64,000 nt of DNA, from contig CAVXGR010000021.1 of assembly GCA_963761335.1 (NCBI GenBank), forward strand, positions 224,001-288,000, written 5' to 3'. A program made the position numbers and the translations under genes. The notes under the pieces are model-generated. The model searched no databases. It saw only the letters and a program-made list of their open reading frames with translations, and was not told where the DNA came from. Positions 19,146 to 29,398 of the stretch are shown here, piece after piece. Each line of letters opens with the position of its first letter. Position 1 is the stretch's first letter. The stretch comes from an uncultured delta proteobacterium. Lineage in GTDB: Bacteria; Desulfobacterota; Binatia; HRBIN30; BPIQ01.

Positions 19146-20642
19146 TCAGGGTGCCTGCCCGGTGTGGCACTCGCTGCACTTCATCACCTGCCAGGCGCCG
19201 CCGATGTCCTCGGGGTGCTGGAACTCGAGTCCCCCGGGCTTGGCGGAGAACGCCTTGTTCCCCGGCGTTCCCTGGGCGACGATTGTGTGGCAGGTGGCGC
19301 AGTCGGTGCTCACCGTCCGCCCGTCGGCGCTCTCATGGGCGCCGTCATGGCAGCGCTCGCAGCCGAGAAAGATGAGATGGCCGACGTTGTTCGGATAGCC
19401 GTCCCAGCGCGCCTTCATCTCCGGGAAGAAGCTGCTCGTGTAGAGTCCCTGGATCTCCCGGGCGGCGCCCTCGATTTCGCCGCCGCGCTGCCGCAGCACG
19501 TCCGGGTAGTTGTCCTGATAGAACTTCTTCACGCCGCTATCGATGGCCGCCAGGGCCTCCGGGGTCGACGAGTAGTCCGCCGACAGCAGCTCGACGCCCG
19601 TCTTCTTGATGAAGGGCAAGCTGGCATCGATGGTGCCCGTCGCCAGTGCCAGATTCATCTGGTAGCTGGGCGAGCGGAAGATGTGGCTCGGCCGGTTGTG
19701 GCAGTCGATGCAGTCCATGACGCGAATCTTTGCCGGGTCGAGATCCTTCTCGGAGAAGTCGCTGGTCTTGTAGACGGTGCTCTTGCCGGTACGGCGCTCG
19801 GAGATGCGCACCCAGGGGATGACCTGCCGATTCTCGTCGGTGGCCAGGTACTCGATGCGGTTGTCGATGTTCATGTGCCAGTGGATGCCCTCGGTCTGCG
19901 CCGACGCCGGACTGCCCCCGCCCGTCTTGATCAGCAGGTCGATCTCCCAGCGCGTGTTCTTCTCGTCGGGGAGAAAGTGGACGAGCTTGCGTTCCGTGGC
20001 CCCGAAGAACTGCTCCGGCCAGTGGCACTCCTCGCAGGTTTCCTGCGCCGGGCGCAGGTTCTCGATGGGGCCGGCGATTGGGCGGGGATACGCGTTGAAG
20101 GTGACGGCATACACCTGGTAGAGGCCCGACAGCTTGGAGCGCACGTACCAGCTGGCTCCCGGACCGACGTGACAGTCGACGCAGCGCACGCGCGCGTGCG
20201 GCGAGTGCTGGTAGGTGGTGAATTCCGGTTGCATGGCGGTATGGCAGAGGCGGCCACAGAAGGCGACCGACTCGGTCGACTCGTACGCCTTGTAGCTGCC
20301 GAAGGCGGTCAGAAAGAGCAGGAAGATGCTGCCCATGACGAAAATGAAGATGGCGCTCTGCTGCTGCGGGTCGTTGAGGTTGAGGACTGGAAAGCGCGGG
20401 ATCGACTCGATTCCCGTGCGCCGGATCCGCCGTCGCTCGAACAGCATGCCGACCGGAATCAACGCCAGCCCGAAGAGCAGCACGGACGGCACGATCATGA
20501 ATATGACGATGCCGGCATACGGGGCGCTCTGGGTGCTGAAGGCCTGGAGCACCAGCAGGAACCCGAAGATCAGCAGGGAGAGGCCGGCGATGGCGGCGCC
20601 GAGATAGGTGGTCGGGTTGTGGACAATCTGCGGAAGCTTCAT
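19146..20642 (-). CDS. NapC/NirT-family heptaheme inner-membrane cytochrome (ImcH-like)
   Basis: 3 N-terminal TM helices, FCGRLCH (CX3CH) plus 6 CxxCH, HARVRCVDCHVGPGA, about 500 aa. Confidence 0.85.
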   Translation of the reverse strand: MKLPQIVHNPTTYLGAAIAGLSLLIFGFLLVLQAFSTQSAPYAGIVIFMIVPSVLLFGLALIPVGMLFERRRIRRTGIESIPRFPVLNLNDPQQQSAIFIFVMGSIFLLFLTAFGSYKAYESTESVAFCGRLCHTAMQPEFTTYQHSPHARVRCVDCHVGPGASWYVRSKLSGLYQVYAVTFNAYPRPIAGPIENLRPAQETCEECHWPEQFFGATERKLVHFLPDEKNTRWEIDLLIKTGGGSPASAQTEGIHWHMNIDNRIEYLATDENRQVIPWVRISERRTGKSTVYKTSDFSEKDLDPAKIRVMDCIDCHNRPSHIFRSPSYQMNLALATGTIDASLPFIKKTGVELLSADYSSTPEALAAIDSGVKKFYQDNYPDVLRQRGGEIEGAAREIQGLYTSSFFPEMKARWDGYPNNVGHLIFLGCERCHDGAHESADGRTVSTDCATCHTIVAQGTPGNKAFSAKPGGLEFQHPEDIGGAWQVMKCSECHTGQAP

Positions 20643-20708
20643 GGTCGCTTGCCTTTTTGATGACCGGCCGGTTGCGCGAAACTACAGGTCTGGTAAGGGA
20701 GGCGCGCC

Positions 20709-22664
20709 ATGTCGGGGGTCGAACGGTGGGGTCGGCTGCTACTGCTGAGCCTCATGATCGTTTGTGCTTGTGCGGTCGCTGCTGGTGCTGCGGACGAGGA
20801 GCTCGACAGCGAGGCCTGCCTGGCGTGCCACGGTACCGAAGGGTTCACCGGAGCGGAGCAGCAGCCGCTGTTTGTTGACAGCCAGGCGTTTGCGCATTCG
20901 GTTCACGGCGATCTACCGTGCACGACTTGCCATCAGGACGCAACCTCCATTCCCCACGAACCGAAGCTCGCCGCGGTGACGCTGGACACGTGCGCGACCT
21001 GCCACAGTGACGAGGTCGACGCCTACCGCCGCAGCAGTCACGGCAAGGCCCGCGCCAACGGCGAGAAGGAGGCCGCGAGCTGCACCGACTGCCACGGCAA
21101 CGTTCACCGCATCGTCCCTCATACCGATCCGACTTCGGCCGCGCACTGGACGAACCTGGCGAAGACGTGCGCCCACTGCCACGCCAACCTCGATCTGATG
21201 CAGAGGCTGCAGATCCCAGTGGTGCGTCCGGTGGCTGCCTATCTGCAGAGCGTGCACGCGCGTGCCGTCGCCGCCGGCCGGCGCGGCGCCGAGTGCTCCG
21301 ACTGCCACGGCTCGCATCTCATCCTCCCCTCCGTCGATCCGCAGTCGTCAATCTATCGGCGAAATGTTCCCCTTATCTGCGGCGCCTGCCACAAGGAGGT
21401 CCTTGCGAAGTATCAGATGAGCGTGCACGGTCAGGCGCTGGCGCGCGGCGTGACCGATGCGCCGGTGTGCACCGACTGCCACAACGAGCACGGCATTCTC
21501 CCGATTACCGACCCGAAATCCCCGGTGTTCGCCGCTAACGTGCCCAGCGAGACCTGCGGCCGCTGTCACGGCGACGCGCGCATGAACGAGAAGTACGGAA
21601 TTCCCAGCGGCAACTACCTCGCCTTCGAGGACAGCTTCCATGGCCTGGCGTTGCGCGCCGGCAAGCTCAGCGTGGCGAACTGCGCCAGCTGTCACGGCGT
21701 CCATGACATCCTTCCGTCGAGCGATCCGCGCTCGCAGGTGAACCCCCAGCACCTTCCCGAGACCTGCGGAAAGTGCCACCCGGGAGCGGGCGCCAGCTTC
21801 CCGCTCGGCCGCGTGCACGTATCGTCGAGCTGGAAGTCGGGCCCGGCGTCGTGGATCCGGCTGGTCTATCTGCCGCTGATCTTCTTGGTCATCGGTGGCA
21901 TGCTGCTGCACAACTTCGTCGACCTCGGCCGCAAGGCGGTGGAGCCGCCACCGCCGGCGCCGCCGGTGGCGGCCGACGAGCCGGAGCGCATGCCGCGCGT
22001 GCTGCGCTGGCAGCACGGTCTGGTGATGATCACCTTCCCGGTCCTGGTATACAGCGGCTTCGCGCTCGTCTATCCGGAGAGCTGGTGGTCGACGCCGCTG
22101 CTGCACTGGGGCGTCGACGTGCGCGGTCTGACGCACCGGGTGGCCGCGGGCGTTCTGTTGCTGTCGCTGCTCTGGCACGCCGGCACCTTGGTCGCCAACC
22201 GCGGCGTGCGCCGCTGCCTGGGCGGCATGTGGCCGACCTGGGGAGACGTGCGGCAGTTCTGGGGGATGATCGGCTACTACCTCGGTCGCCGCTCGGCACG
22301 TGCTCTGGGCGGCGCCTTCACCTACATCGAGAAGGCCGAGTACTGGGCCTTCGTCTGGGGCATGCTGGTGATGACGCTGAGCGGCGGCCTGCTGTGGTTT
22401 GCCGACTTCTCCCTCCGCTTCCTGCCCAAATGGGTCACCGACGTGGCCACCGCCATCCATTTCTACGAGGCAGTGCTCGCCAGCCTGGCGATTCTCGTGT
22501 GGCACCTCTACTGGGTCATCTTCGATCCCGAGGTGTACCCGATGGACTGGAGCTGGTGGAACGGCCGCTCGCCGGCCAGCCGCGTCCACGAGCGGCACCT
22601 TCCCGAGGGCGGTGCCGAGACCGGCGCCGAGCCGTCGGGCGATGAGAACGCCGACGCCGATTAG
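20709..22664 (+). CDS. Multiheme cytochrome c fused to an FdnI/HydC-type cytochrome b (CbcL-like)
   Basis: Signal peptide, 11 CxxCH, then TM helices carrying His residues (WQH, THR, IHF, WHL). Confidence 0.88.
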   Translation: MSGVERWGRLLLLSLMIVCACAVAAGAADEELDSEACLACHGTEGFTGAEQQPLFVDSQAFAHSVHGDLPCTTCHQDATSIPHEPKLAAVTLDTCATCHSDEVDAYRRSSHGKARANGEKEAASCTDCHGNVHRIVPHTDPTSAAHWTNLAKTCAHCHANLDLMQRLQIPVVRPVAAYLQSVHARAVAAGRRGAECSDCHGSHLILPSVDPQSSIYRRNVPLICGACHKEVLAKYQMSVHGQALARGVTDAPVCTDCHNEHGILPITDPKSPVFAANVPSETCGRCHGDARMNEKYGIPSGNYLAFEDSFHGLALRAGKLSVANCASCHGVHDILPSSDPRSQVNPQHLPETCGKCHPGAGASFPLGRVHVSSSWKSGPASWIRLVYLPLIFLVIGGMLLHNFVDLGRKAVEPPPPAPPVAADEPERMPRVLRWQHGLVMITFPVLVYSGFALVYPESWWSTPLLHWGVDVRGLTHRVAAGVLLLSLLWHAGTLVANRGVRRCLGGMWPTWGDVRQFWGMIGYYLGRRSARALGGAFTYIEKAEYWAFVWGMLVMTLSGGLLWFADFSLRFLPKWVTDVATAIHFYEAVLASLAILVWHLYWVIFDPEVYPMDWSWWNGRSPASRVHERHLPEGGAETGAEPSGDENADAD

Positions 22665-22680
22665 CTGGAAGGCCCCCTCC

Positions 22681-23145
22681 ATGCAGCAGCCGTTCAAGTG
22701 CGTGATGTTTCCGGTGGATTTCTCCGAGCACTGCGACCGCGCCGCTGCGCACGCGGCCTGGTTCACCCTCTCCAGCGGCGGGATCCTGCATCTGGTGCAC
22801 GTCATCGCCAATCCGGCGGACGAGCTCTATACCCCGGAGGAGGTGCCGCACTGGGTGATGGTGGAGCACGCCGAGAAGAGGGCGCGCGAGATGCTCGAGA
22901 GATCCGCGCAGGAGTGCCTACCGGCCGAGTGCCCGCGGGAGTTTCACGTGCGCTCGGGCGACCCCTACGAGAAGCTCATGGAGGTCGCCGCCTCGCTGTC
23001 GCCGGACCTGATCGTCATGTCGAGCCACGGCCGCGGCGGCGTCGCCCATCTGGTGATGGGCCGCGTCGCCGAGAAGGTCGTGCGCCACGCTCCGTGCCCG
23101 GTGTTCATCGTGCCTCGTCCCCGGCCTACTGCCCCGCCAACGTGA
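22681..23145 (+). CDS. Universal stress protein (UspA family)
   Basis: FPVDFS, DLIVMSSHGRGG and VAEKVVRHAPCPV motifs. Confidence 0.92.
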   Translation: MQQPFKCVMFPVDFSEHCDRAAAHAAWFTLSSGGILHLVHVIANPADELYTPEEVPHWVMVEHAEKRAREMLERSAQECLPAECPREFHVRSGDPYEKLMEVAASLSPDLIVMSSHGRGGVAHLVMGRVAEKVVRHAPCPVFIVPRPRPTAPPT

Positions 23146-25354
23146 AGGTGATGGCGCCGTCGCCGAACGGATTGATGTCGAGCGACGGAAAGCCGCCGAC
23201 GATTGCGGCGCCGGTGACCACGCCGCCTCGCAGGGCTTCGCAGCTAAACGCCGAGCCCGTGGCCGCAGCGGTGCAGGTGAAGCCGCCGCAGCTGTCGTCC
23301 GGGGAGATCCGCCTGCTGTTGACGCGGTCGGCGTCGAAGATGCTGACCGACGCCGTTCCAGTGGTGAGCACGACGGGTGACTCCGTGGTGACTCCCGGCG
23401 TGTCGTCGGCCGTGCACGGCTGGCCGTCGGGGCCTTCCTGGCCGTTCTCCACCACGGTGATGCGGATGTCGGCGACGCTGATCGCGTCTCCGGCCCCCTT
23501 GACGCCGCTGAGCGCGAAGGATCGCGGGCTGTTGCAGATGCCCGGGTGCTTGGGGCTTTCCTGTGTGTCGCAGGGACTGCCCTCGACGCACGCGGTGGAC
23601 ACCTCCCCGTTGGGGTAGGAGATCGAGTCGTCGCACTCGGGGTCGTCCGGCAGCCCGGCGGCCGAGCCGCTGTTGTTCGTATTCCCCGGATTGGTGACGT
23701 GATCCTGGGCGATGTCGAAGTCGAGCTCCGGATCGCCGCCGTCACAGTCGATCGAGCCCGTGCCGTCCTCGACCAGCGTGACGCAGGCGTACCCGATTAT
23801 GCCGATGCTCACGGGGTCGAGATGAAAGTCATCCTTGGGAATGACGATGCTGGCGAGGCCCGCGGCGTCCGGGGCGCCGATCTCCATCTTGAAGGAGCCG
23901 CTCATGGAGAGGTTGAGATTGGTGTTCTTCGCTTGCAGAACCGCCTTGCTGCTGCCGTTTAGCTGGACAACCACGGTGCCGATCGGGGCGATTGGCGTCG
24001 GAGTGAGCGTCGGCGTCGGCGGCACCGTCTCGAGCACCTCGGTCTGTTCCATCGAGGAGTTGTCCTGCAGATTCGGGTCCGGAATGGCGGAGACGGCGCT
24101 GGCGGTGTTCGACACGCTCCCGGCAACCGCGGGGGCCGTGACCACCACCGAGACGTCGGCGGTGCTGCCGGCGGCGATCGTGCCGAGAGAGCAGGTCACC
24201 GCGCCGACGGCCGCGGTGCAGCTACCGGCGTCCGTGTCCGCCGACACCACCACGCCGCCGGCAGGCGGATTGTCGGTGAGGACGGCGGCGGTGGCGTCGA
24301 GCGGACCGCCGTTGTGCACGCGGATGACGTAGGTCACGTCGGTGCTCACCATCACCGGATCGGGCGAGTCGGTCTGCGACACCGAGAGGTCCGCCTGCGG
24401 CACCGGCGAGGTGTTGGTCGGTGTCTGGGTCGCCGTGCTGCTGGTCGTCTCGGTGGGCGTCGGCGTCGGCGTCGGCGGCTCGATGTGACAGCCCGGATCG
24501 CATCCGTCTCCGGGGTCGCGGTTGCCATCGTCGCATTCCTCGTTGCTGTCGATGACGCCGTCTCCACAGGTGCTCGGCCGGCACTCCACTCGCAGGGCGT
24601 CGGCGTCGTGCTCTCCCAGGACGGTGGTGGCGCCGACGCGGACCGTCTCCCGCCCTCGCAGCAGGGCGCCGGAGCGCTGCCGGCGCAGCGGCACGGTCAC
24701 GCCGAAGTCGGAGGTGCAGAGGTCGGGGGTAGAGTTCGGTGAGCCGCTCGAGAAGGTGCCATCGCGTCGGATTACGGTCAGGCCCAGCTCCTCGGCGGCC
24801 TGCTCGAGGGCCGCGGCGTTGGTGGCGTCGACGCCGTCGCGCGGGCGGTCGGGGCGCGGCTTCTTCACCTCGAAGGTGTCGACCGCGGACGGCGAGCAGG
24901 CGTCGAGACGTGCATCGTGGTTGTTGATGCAGAGGGCCACGGCGACCGAGCAGCTCTGGTTGTCGAGGTCGGGATCGAGATCGCAGCGCGGGTCGCCCTC
25001 GTAGCAGACGATGCGGTTCTTCGGCAAGCCGTTGCGGCGTAGATCGGCGGTGGCGGAGGTCCGCCATTCGAGGTGGCAATCGGTCTTCTCGCCGCCGTTG
25101 CCCGGAAGGCAGGAGCTCCCGGCGGCGCCGCCGGTACACTGGGCCGCGGCGGCCCCTGCCCACGAGAACAGGGCGGCGAGCGCCGCAAGCGCGATGAAGG
25201 TATGGCCCCTGCGGGCCGGCCGCGTTTCTCGAGTTCCTCCCTCTGGTCGGCTCACCGGATTCCTCCTGTTCGCTGGGGGCGGCCTACCCGGCGCCGCCCT
25301 CGTCATCTCTGATTCTCCATTCTGCCCCGCCGGACCCGCCTGTAAATTTGTCAT
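23126..25354 (-). CDS. Secreted Cys-rich protein with Myxococcus Cys-rich repeat, Pro/Thr linkers and DUF11-like Ig domain
   Basis: Signal peptide (AAAA-QC), CGDGVIDSNEECDDGN...GDGC, ADLSVSQTDSPDPV...DPNLQDNS; true start probably downstream of 25354. Confidence 0.8.
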   Translation of the reverse strand: MTNLQAGPAGQNGESEMTRAAPGRPPPANRRNPVSRPEGGTRETRPARRGHTFIALAALAALFSWAGAAAAQCTGGAAGSSCLPGNGGEKTDCHLEWRTSATADLRRNGLPKNRIVCYEGDPRCDLDPDLDNQSCSVAVALCINNHDARLDACSPSAVDTFEVKKPRPDRPRDGVDATNAAALEQAAEELGLTVIRRDGTFSSGSPNSTPDLCTSDFGVTVPLRRQRSGALLRGRETVRVGATTVLGEHDADALRVECRPSTCGDGVIDSNEECDDGNRDPGDGCDPGCHIEPPTPTPTPTETTSSTATQTPTNTSPVPQADLSVSQTDSPDPVMVSTDVTYVIRVHNGGPLDATAAVLTDNPPAGGVVVSADTDAGSCTAAVGAVTCSLGTIAAGSTADVSVVVTAPAVAGSVSNTASAVSAIPDPNLQDNSSMEQTEVLETVPPTPTLTPTPIAPIGTVVVQLNGSSKAVLQAKNTNLNLSMSGSFKMEIGAPDAAGLASIVIPKDDFHLDPVSIGIIGYACVTLVEDGTGSIDCDGGDPELDFDIAQDHVTNPGNTNNSGSAAGLPDDPECDDSISYPNGEVSTACVEGSPCDTQESPKHPGICNSPRSFALSGVKGAGDAISVADIRITVVENGQEGPDGQPCTADDTPGVTTESPVVLTTGTASVSIFDADRVNSRRISPDDSCGGFTCTAAATGSAFSCEALRGGVVTGAAIVGGFPSLDINPFGDGAITFTLAGQ

Positions 25355-25446
25355 CTCCCTTAGGGCCCTAGCTCAGCCTTTATCGCGGGCCCCGAATCCG
25401 CCGGCGGTTGCCCATGATCGGCGAAGCGAGCTAAAGAAATCTTTAG

Positions 25447-26085
25447 ATGCACCAGGCGAAGGCAGAGACTTCTCCGCAGCCCGCGGTGTTCGTAGTCGAC
25501 GACGACGCTGCCGTGCGGCAGTACCTGCAGTGGTTGATCGAGTCGATCGGTCTGCGGGCGGCGACCTTCGCCTCGGCGCGCGACTTCCTCGACGCCTACG
25601 AGCCGGAAAACCCGGGGTGCCTGATCCTCGACGTGCGTATGCCGGGGCTGAGCGGCTTCGATCTCCAGGCGGAGCTGAGGGCGCGAAACATCGACATCCC
25701 CATCATCATGATGACAGCCTACGCCGAGGTGCCGATGGCGGTGCGGGCGCTGCACGCCGGAGCCATCGATTTCATCCAGAAGCCCTTCGACGGACAGGTG
25801 CTGCTCGACCGCGTGCAGCAGGCGATTCTCCAGGACCACGACAGGCGGCGCGCGGAGGCCGAGAGGCGCGGCGTGCAGGCCCGGCTGTCGCGCTTGACCC
25901 CGCGGCAGCGCGACGTCCTCGGCGGGCTGGTCGCCGGCAAGCCGAGCAAGGTGATCGCCGCCGAGCTCGGCCTCAGCCCGAGCACCGTCGACGTGCACCG
26001 CAGCCGCATCATGGAGCGCCTCGAGGCGCAGTCTCTCCCCGATCTCTTCCGCCTCATCCTGCTCGCCAGCGGCGACCGGGAGTAG
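25447..26085 (+). CDS. FixJ-family response regulator (REC + LuxR HTH)
   Basis: VFVVDDDAAVR, LILDVRMPG, KPF and LTPRQ...TVDVHRSRIM motifs. Confidence 0.93.
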   Translation: MHQAKAETSPQPAVFVVDDDAAVRQYLQWLIESIGLRAATFASARDFLDAYEPENPGCLILDVRMPGLSGFDLQAELRARNIDIPIIMMTAYAEVPMAVRALHAGAIDFIQKPFDGQVLLDRVQQAILQDHDRRRAEAERRGVQARLSRLTPRQRDVLGGLVAGKPSKVIAAELGLSPSTVDVHRSRIMERLEAQSLPDLFRLILLASGDRE

Positions 26086-26095
26086 CTCAGCGTGT

Positions 26096-26232
26096 CGGCG
26101 GCTCGGTTTCTCGGTGGCTCGGTTATCGGGTTCTCGAGTTGGCGAGTTATCGAGTCGTCGGCTTTGATGCCCCCCGAGCCAACTCCCAAACCCGATAACC
26201 CGAGCTACCGAGCCACTGACCTACCGAGCTGC
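26096..26232. repeat. Degenerate 8-bp-period inverted tandem repeat
   Basis: GGCTCGGT-like units followed by ACCGAGCC/ACCGAGCT-like units, between convergent genes. Confidence 0.65.
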
Positions 26233-27332
26233 CGAAGCGGAATGGAGACGGAGAAGGTCGACCCCTGGTGGCTGTCGCTGGCCACGGTGATGCTTCCGCC
26301 GAGAAGCTCGACCAGGCGGTGGACGATGTAGAGCCCCAGGCCGGCACCGCCGGCGCCGCGCGAGGTTTTGCCGTGCGCCTGGCGGAAAGGCTCGAAGAGG
26401 TTCTGCAGCTCGTCGGCGGGGATGCCGATGCCGGTGTCGGCGACCGAGAAGCGCACGTCGCCGTTTGCCGCCCCGGCGGAGACGGCGACGCTGCCCTCCT
26501 CGGTGAACTTGATGGCGTTCTCGACCAGGTTCTTGAGCACCATCTTCAGCTTCACGGGATCGGTGTGCAGCGGCGGCAGAGACGACGCCACCTCCCAGCG
26601 CAGAGCGACCTTCCCCCGCTGCGCCGCCGGGATCTCCGTCTCCCCGGCGAGCTCGTCGATGAGCTCGTTCACCGACACCTCGTGCTCCTCGAGCTTCGAC
26701 GCGGTGACCTCGGCTCGCGTCAGCTCGAGAGTCGCCTGGATCAGGCGAAGGGACTGCTTGGCGCGATCGTTCACCAGGCCGAGAATCCGGCGTTTCTCGG
26801 CCTCCATGTGCTGCGTGCGCGGATCGAGCGCGAGATCGCAGTACGAGGTGATCGCGAAGATGGTGTTGCGCAGCTCGTGCGACATGGTGGCGGCGAAGTA
26901 GGTCTTGACGACGTTGGCGCGCTCCAGCTTCTCGAGCATGCGGTGGCGTTCGACGGCGTAGCGCAGGCAGCGCACCAGCAGGCGGCCGTCGAAGTGCCCC
27001 TTGACGAGATAGTCCTGCGCCCCGGCCTGCACCAGCTGCGTGCCGAGCCGCTCGTCGTCGAGGCCGGTGAGCACGATGATCGGCAGGTCGGCGCGATGCT
27101 CCAGGGTGCGCGTCAGCGTGTCCACCCCGTGCGAGTCGGGCAGCGACAGGTCGAGGAGGACGAGGTCGATGCCGCCTGCGTCAATGCACTCGAACCCTTC
27201 CTGCAGCGTCTCGACGTGATGCAGGCGAAAGTGGCCGGCCCCGAACGCGGCGAGGAGCTCGCGGAGAATGTCGGCGTCGTCGGGTTCGTCCTCGACGAGC
27301 AGCAGGCGCAGGCGGTCGGCGGGCGTGCTCAT
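26205..27332 (-). CDS. Hybrid REC + histidine kinase
   Basis: N-terminal REC (LLDLSLPD), SHELRN H-box, NAIKFT, DTGIG and GLGL boxes. Confidence 0.93.
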   Translation of the reverse strand: MSTPADRLRLLLVEDEPDDADILRELLAAFGAGHFRLHHVETLQEGFECIDAGGIDLVLLDLSLPDSHGVDTLTRTLEHRADLPIIVLTGLDDERLGTQLVQAGAQDYLVKGHFDGRLLVRCLRYAVERHRMLEKLERANVVKTYFAATMSHELRNTIFAITSYCDLALDPRTQHMEAEKRRILGLVNDRAKQSLRLIQATLELTRAEVTASKLEEHEVSVNELIDELAGETEIPAAQRGKVALRWEVASSLPPLHTDPVKLKMVLKNLVENAIKFTEEGSVAVSAGAANGDVRFSVADTGIGIPADELQNLFEPFRQAHGKTSRGAGGAGLGLYIVHRLVELLGGSITVASDSHQGSTFSVSIPLRQLGRSVAR

Positions 27333-27772
27333 GTGGGCGGCAGGCGCACGAGGTCGAGCCAGAACTCGTCGATGGTCTTCACCACCGCGAAGAAATGGTC
27401 CAGGTCGAGCGGCTTGGTGATGTAGCAGTTGGCGCTCAGATCGTAGCTGCGGAGGATGTCCTTCTCCGATGCCGAGGTGGTGAGCACGACCACCGGAATG
27501 CGCTTCAGGCTCTGGTCGCGCTTGAGCTCGGCGAGCACCTCGTGGCCGCTCTTCCTCGGCAGGTTCAGATCGAGGACGATCAGATCGGGACGCGGCGCCT
27601 GGGCGTAGGGCGGCCGGCGGCGCAGGAAGTCGAGGGCCTCGACGCCGTCCTCGACGACGCTGACGCGGCTGCGCACCTGACCCTCCTTGAAGGCCTCGAG
27701 CATCAGGTGGCTGTCGTCGTCATTGTCCTCGACCAGGAGGATCTCCACCGGCTTCTGCCGAAGGCTCTCCAT
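27329..27772 (-). CDS. Single-domain response regulator (Rcp1-like)
   Basis: [22 protein letters not shown] and ANCYITKP motifs. Confidence 0.93.
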   Translation of the reverse strand: MESLRQKPVEILLVEDNDDDSHLMLEAFKEGQVRSRVSVVEDGVEALDFLRRRPPYAQAPRPDLIVLDLNLPRKSGHEVLAELKRDQSLKRIPVVVLTTSASEKDILRSYDLSANCYITKPLDLDHFFAVVKTIDEFWLDLVRLPPT

Positions 27773-29398
27773 CTACGGTGTCTCCCTGGGGATACTAAAG
27801 AAGAAAGTTGCACCTTTTCCAAGCACGGACTCGACCCAGATACGGCCGCCATGACGCTCGACGATCTTCTTGCAGATGGCGAGACCGACGCCGGTGCCCG
27901 GATAGGCGCGGCGGCTGTGCAGGCGCTGGAAGATGACAAAGATGCGCACCGCGAACTGCTCGTCGAGACCGATGCCGTTGTCGCTCACCGAGAACAGCCA
28001 CTCGCCGCCGCTCTCCCGGGCGCTGACGTGGACGCGCGGCGGCTCGGCGCCGCGAAACTTGATGGCGTTGCCGATCAGGTTCTGAAAGAGCTGGCGCAGC
28101 TGCCCCGGGTCGGCGGCGACCATCGGCAACGGCGCGGCGGTGACGGCGGCACCGCTCTCGAGGATGGCCGTCTGCAGGTCTTCGAGCACGTCGCCCAGAA
28201 CCTGCTCGGCATTGCACGGCTCGAGCTTGCCCCCGACGGTGTCCACCCGCGAGAAGGCGAGGAGATCGTGGATCAGGTCCTGCATGCGGGCGACGGCGCC
28301 GGTGACGCGATTGATCAGCTTGTCGGCATCGTCGTCGAGCCGCTCGCGGTAACGCCGCCCGAGTAGCTGGGTGTAGCTGGCGACGGCGCGCAGCGGCTCC
28401 TGCAGGTCATGGGAGGCGACGTAGGCGAACTGCTCCAGCTCGGCGTTGGAACGCGCCAGCGCCGCCGTGCGTTGCTGCACGCGGCGCTCGAGGTCGGTGT
28501 TGAGCCGGCGAATCTCCTCCTCGGCCTGCTTGCGGTCGGTGACGTCGCGGATGACGCTGGTGACCAGCAGACCTTCCCCCGTCTCCAGCGGGCTCAGGCT
28601 CACCTCGACGGGGAACTCTTCGCCGCTGTGCCGGCGCCCGTACAGCTCGATTCCCAGGCCCATCGGCCGCAGGGCCGCGGCCTCGGCGTACTGCATCCGA
28701 TGTTGGGGGTGGATGCCGCGAAAGCGCTCCGGGATCAGCATCTCCACCGGCTGGCCGAGCATCTCATCGCGCCCGTATCCGAAGAGGTGCTCCGTCTGCG
28801 AGTTCACCAGCACGATCTCGCCGGCGCGGTTGACGATCACCATGGCATCGGGAGCCGACTCCAGCACGCCCTGAAACAGTCGCGAGAGCGTCTGCATCTG
28901 CTCGAAGGTCCGTTTCAGGCTCTCTTCCCGCCGGTCGCTGTAGGCGCGGCCGACGAGCATCATCAGCTGCGCCGTCAGCTTGGCGTAGGCGGTGATGTGG
29001 CGCGGAAAGGTCGAGCCGAGATGCGTCTCGATCACCTGGAAGCTGATGCGCGCCGAGACGTAGAGGCTCTCCAGAGAGATGCGCACGTCGGCTTCGCTCC
29101 GCAGGCTCGCGTCGATCAGCTGGGCGTTCATGCTGTAGAACGTCTCGTAGAGGCGCTCCAGGTCGCCGCTCCGCAGCTGCTGCACGACGATCACCAGGAA
29201 GGCCTCGTTGATCTCGGTGAGCTGCGCCAGGGTGACGTTCCCCGCGGGGAAGTACTCCGGCAGCGCCCGCACCAGCTCATCCGACCACTCGGCGGCGACC
29301 TGACGGCGCAAGCTCCAGAGCATCTCCGCGAGCTCTTTGAGCCGCTGGATGTCCTCGGGAGTGAGCGTCTCCGCGGCGAAGTCGAAGCGGTGGTTCAT
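27773..29398 (-). CDS. PAS sensor histidine kinase with helical, globin-like N-terminal domain
   Basis: PAS-PAC domain, SHDLQEPL H-box (Cph1-type), FQRLH and GTGVGL motifs. Confidence 0.92.
   Translation of the reverse strand: MNHRFDFAAETLTPEDIQRLKELAEMLWSLRRQVAAEWSDELVRALPEYFPAGNVTLAQLTEINEAFLVIVVQQLRSGDLERLYETFYSMNAQLIDASLRSEADVRISLESLYVSARISFQVIETHLGSTFPRHITAYAKLTAQLMMLVGRAYSDRREESLKRTFEQMQTLSRLFQGVLESAPDAMVIVNRAGEIVLVNSQTEHLFGYGRDEMLGQPVEMLIPERFRGIHPQHRMQYAEAAALRPMGLGIELYGRRHSGEEFPVEVSLSPLETGEGLLVTSVIRDVTDRKQAEEEIRRLNTDLERRVQQRTAALARSNAELEQFAYVASHDLQEPLRAVASYTQLLGRRYRERLDDDADKLINRVTGAVARMQDLIHDLLAFSRVDTVGGKLEPCNAEQVLGDVLEDLQTAILESGAAVTAAPLPMVAADPGQLRQLFQNLIGNAIKFRGAEPPRVHVSARESGGEWLFSVSDNGIGLDEQFAVRIFVIFQRLHSRRAYPGTGVGLAICKKIVERHGGRIWVESVLGKGATFFFSIPRETP

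Noticed and set aside
24400..24480. GGCGTC tandem repeats
   Set aside because: They encode the Pro/Thr linker
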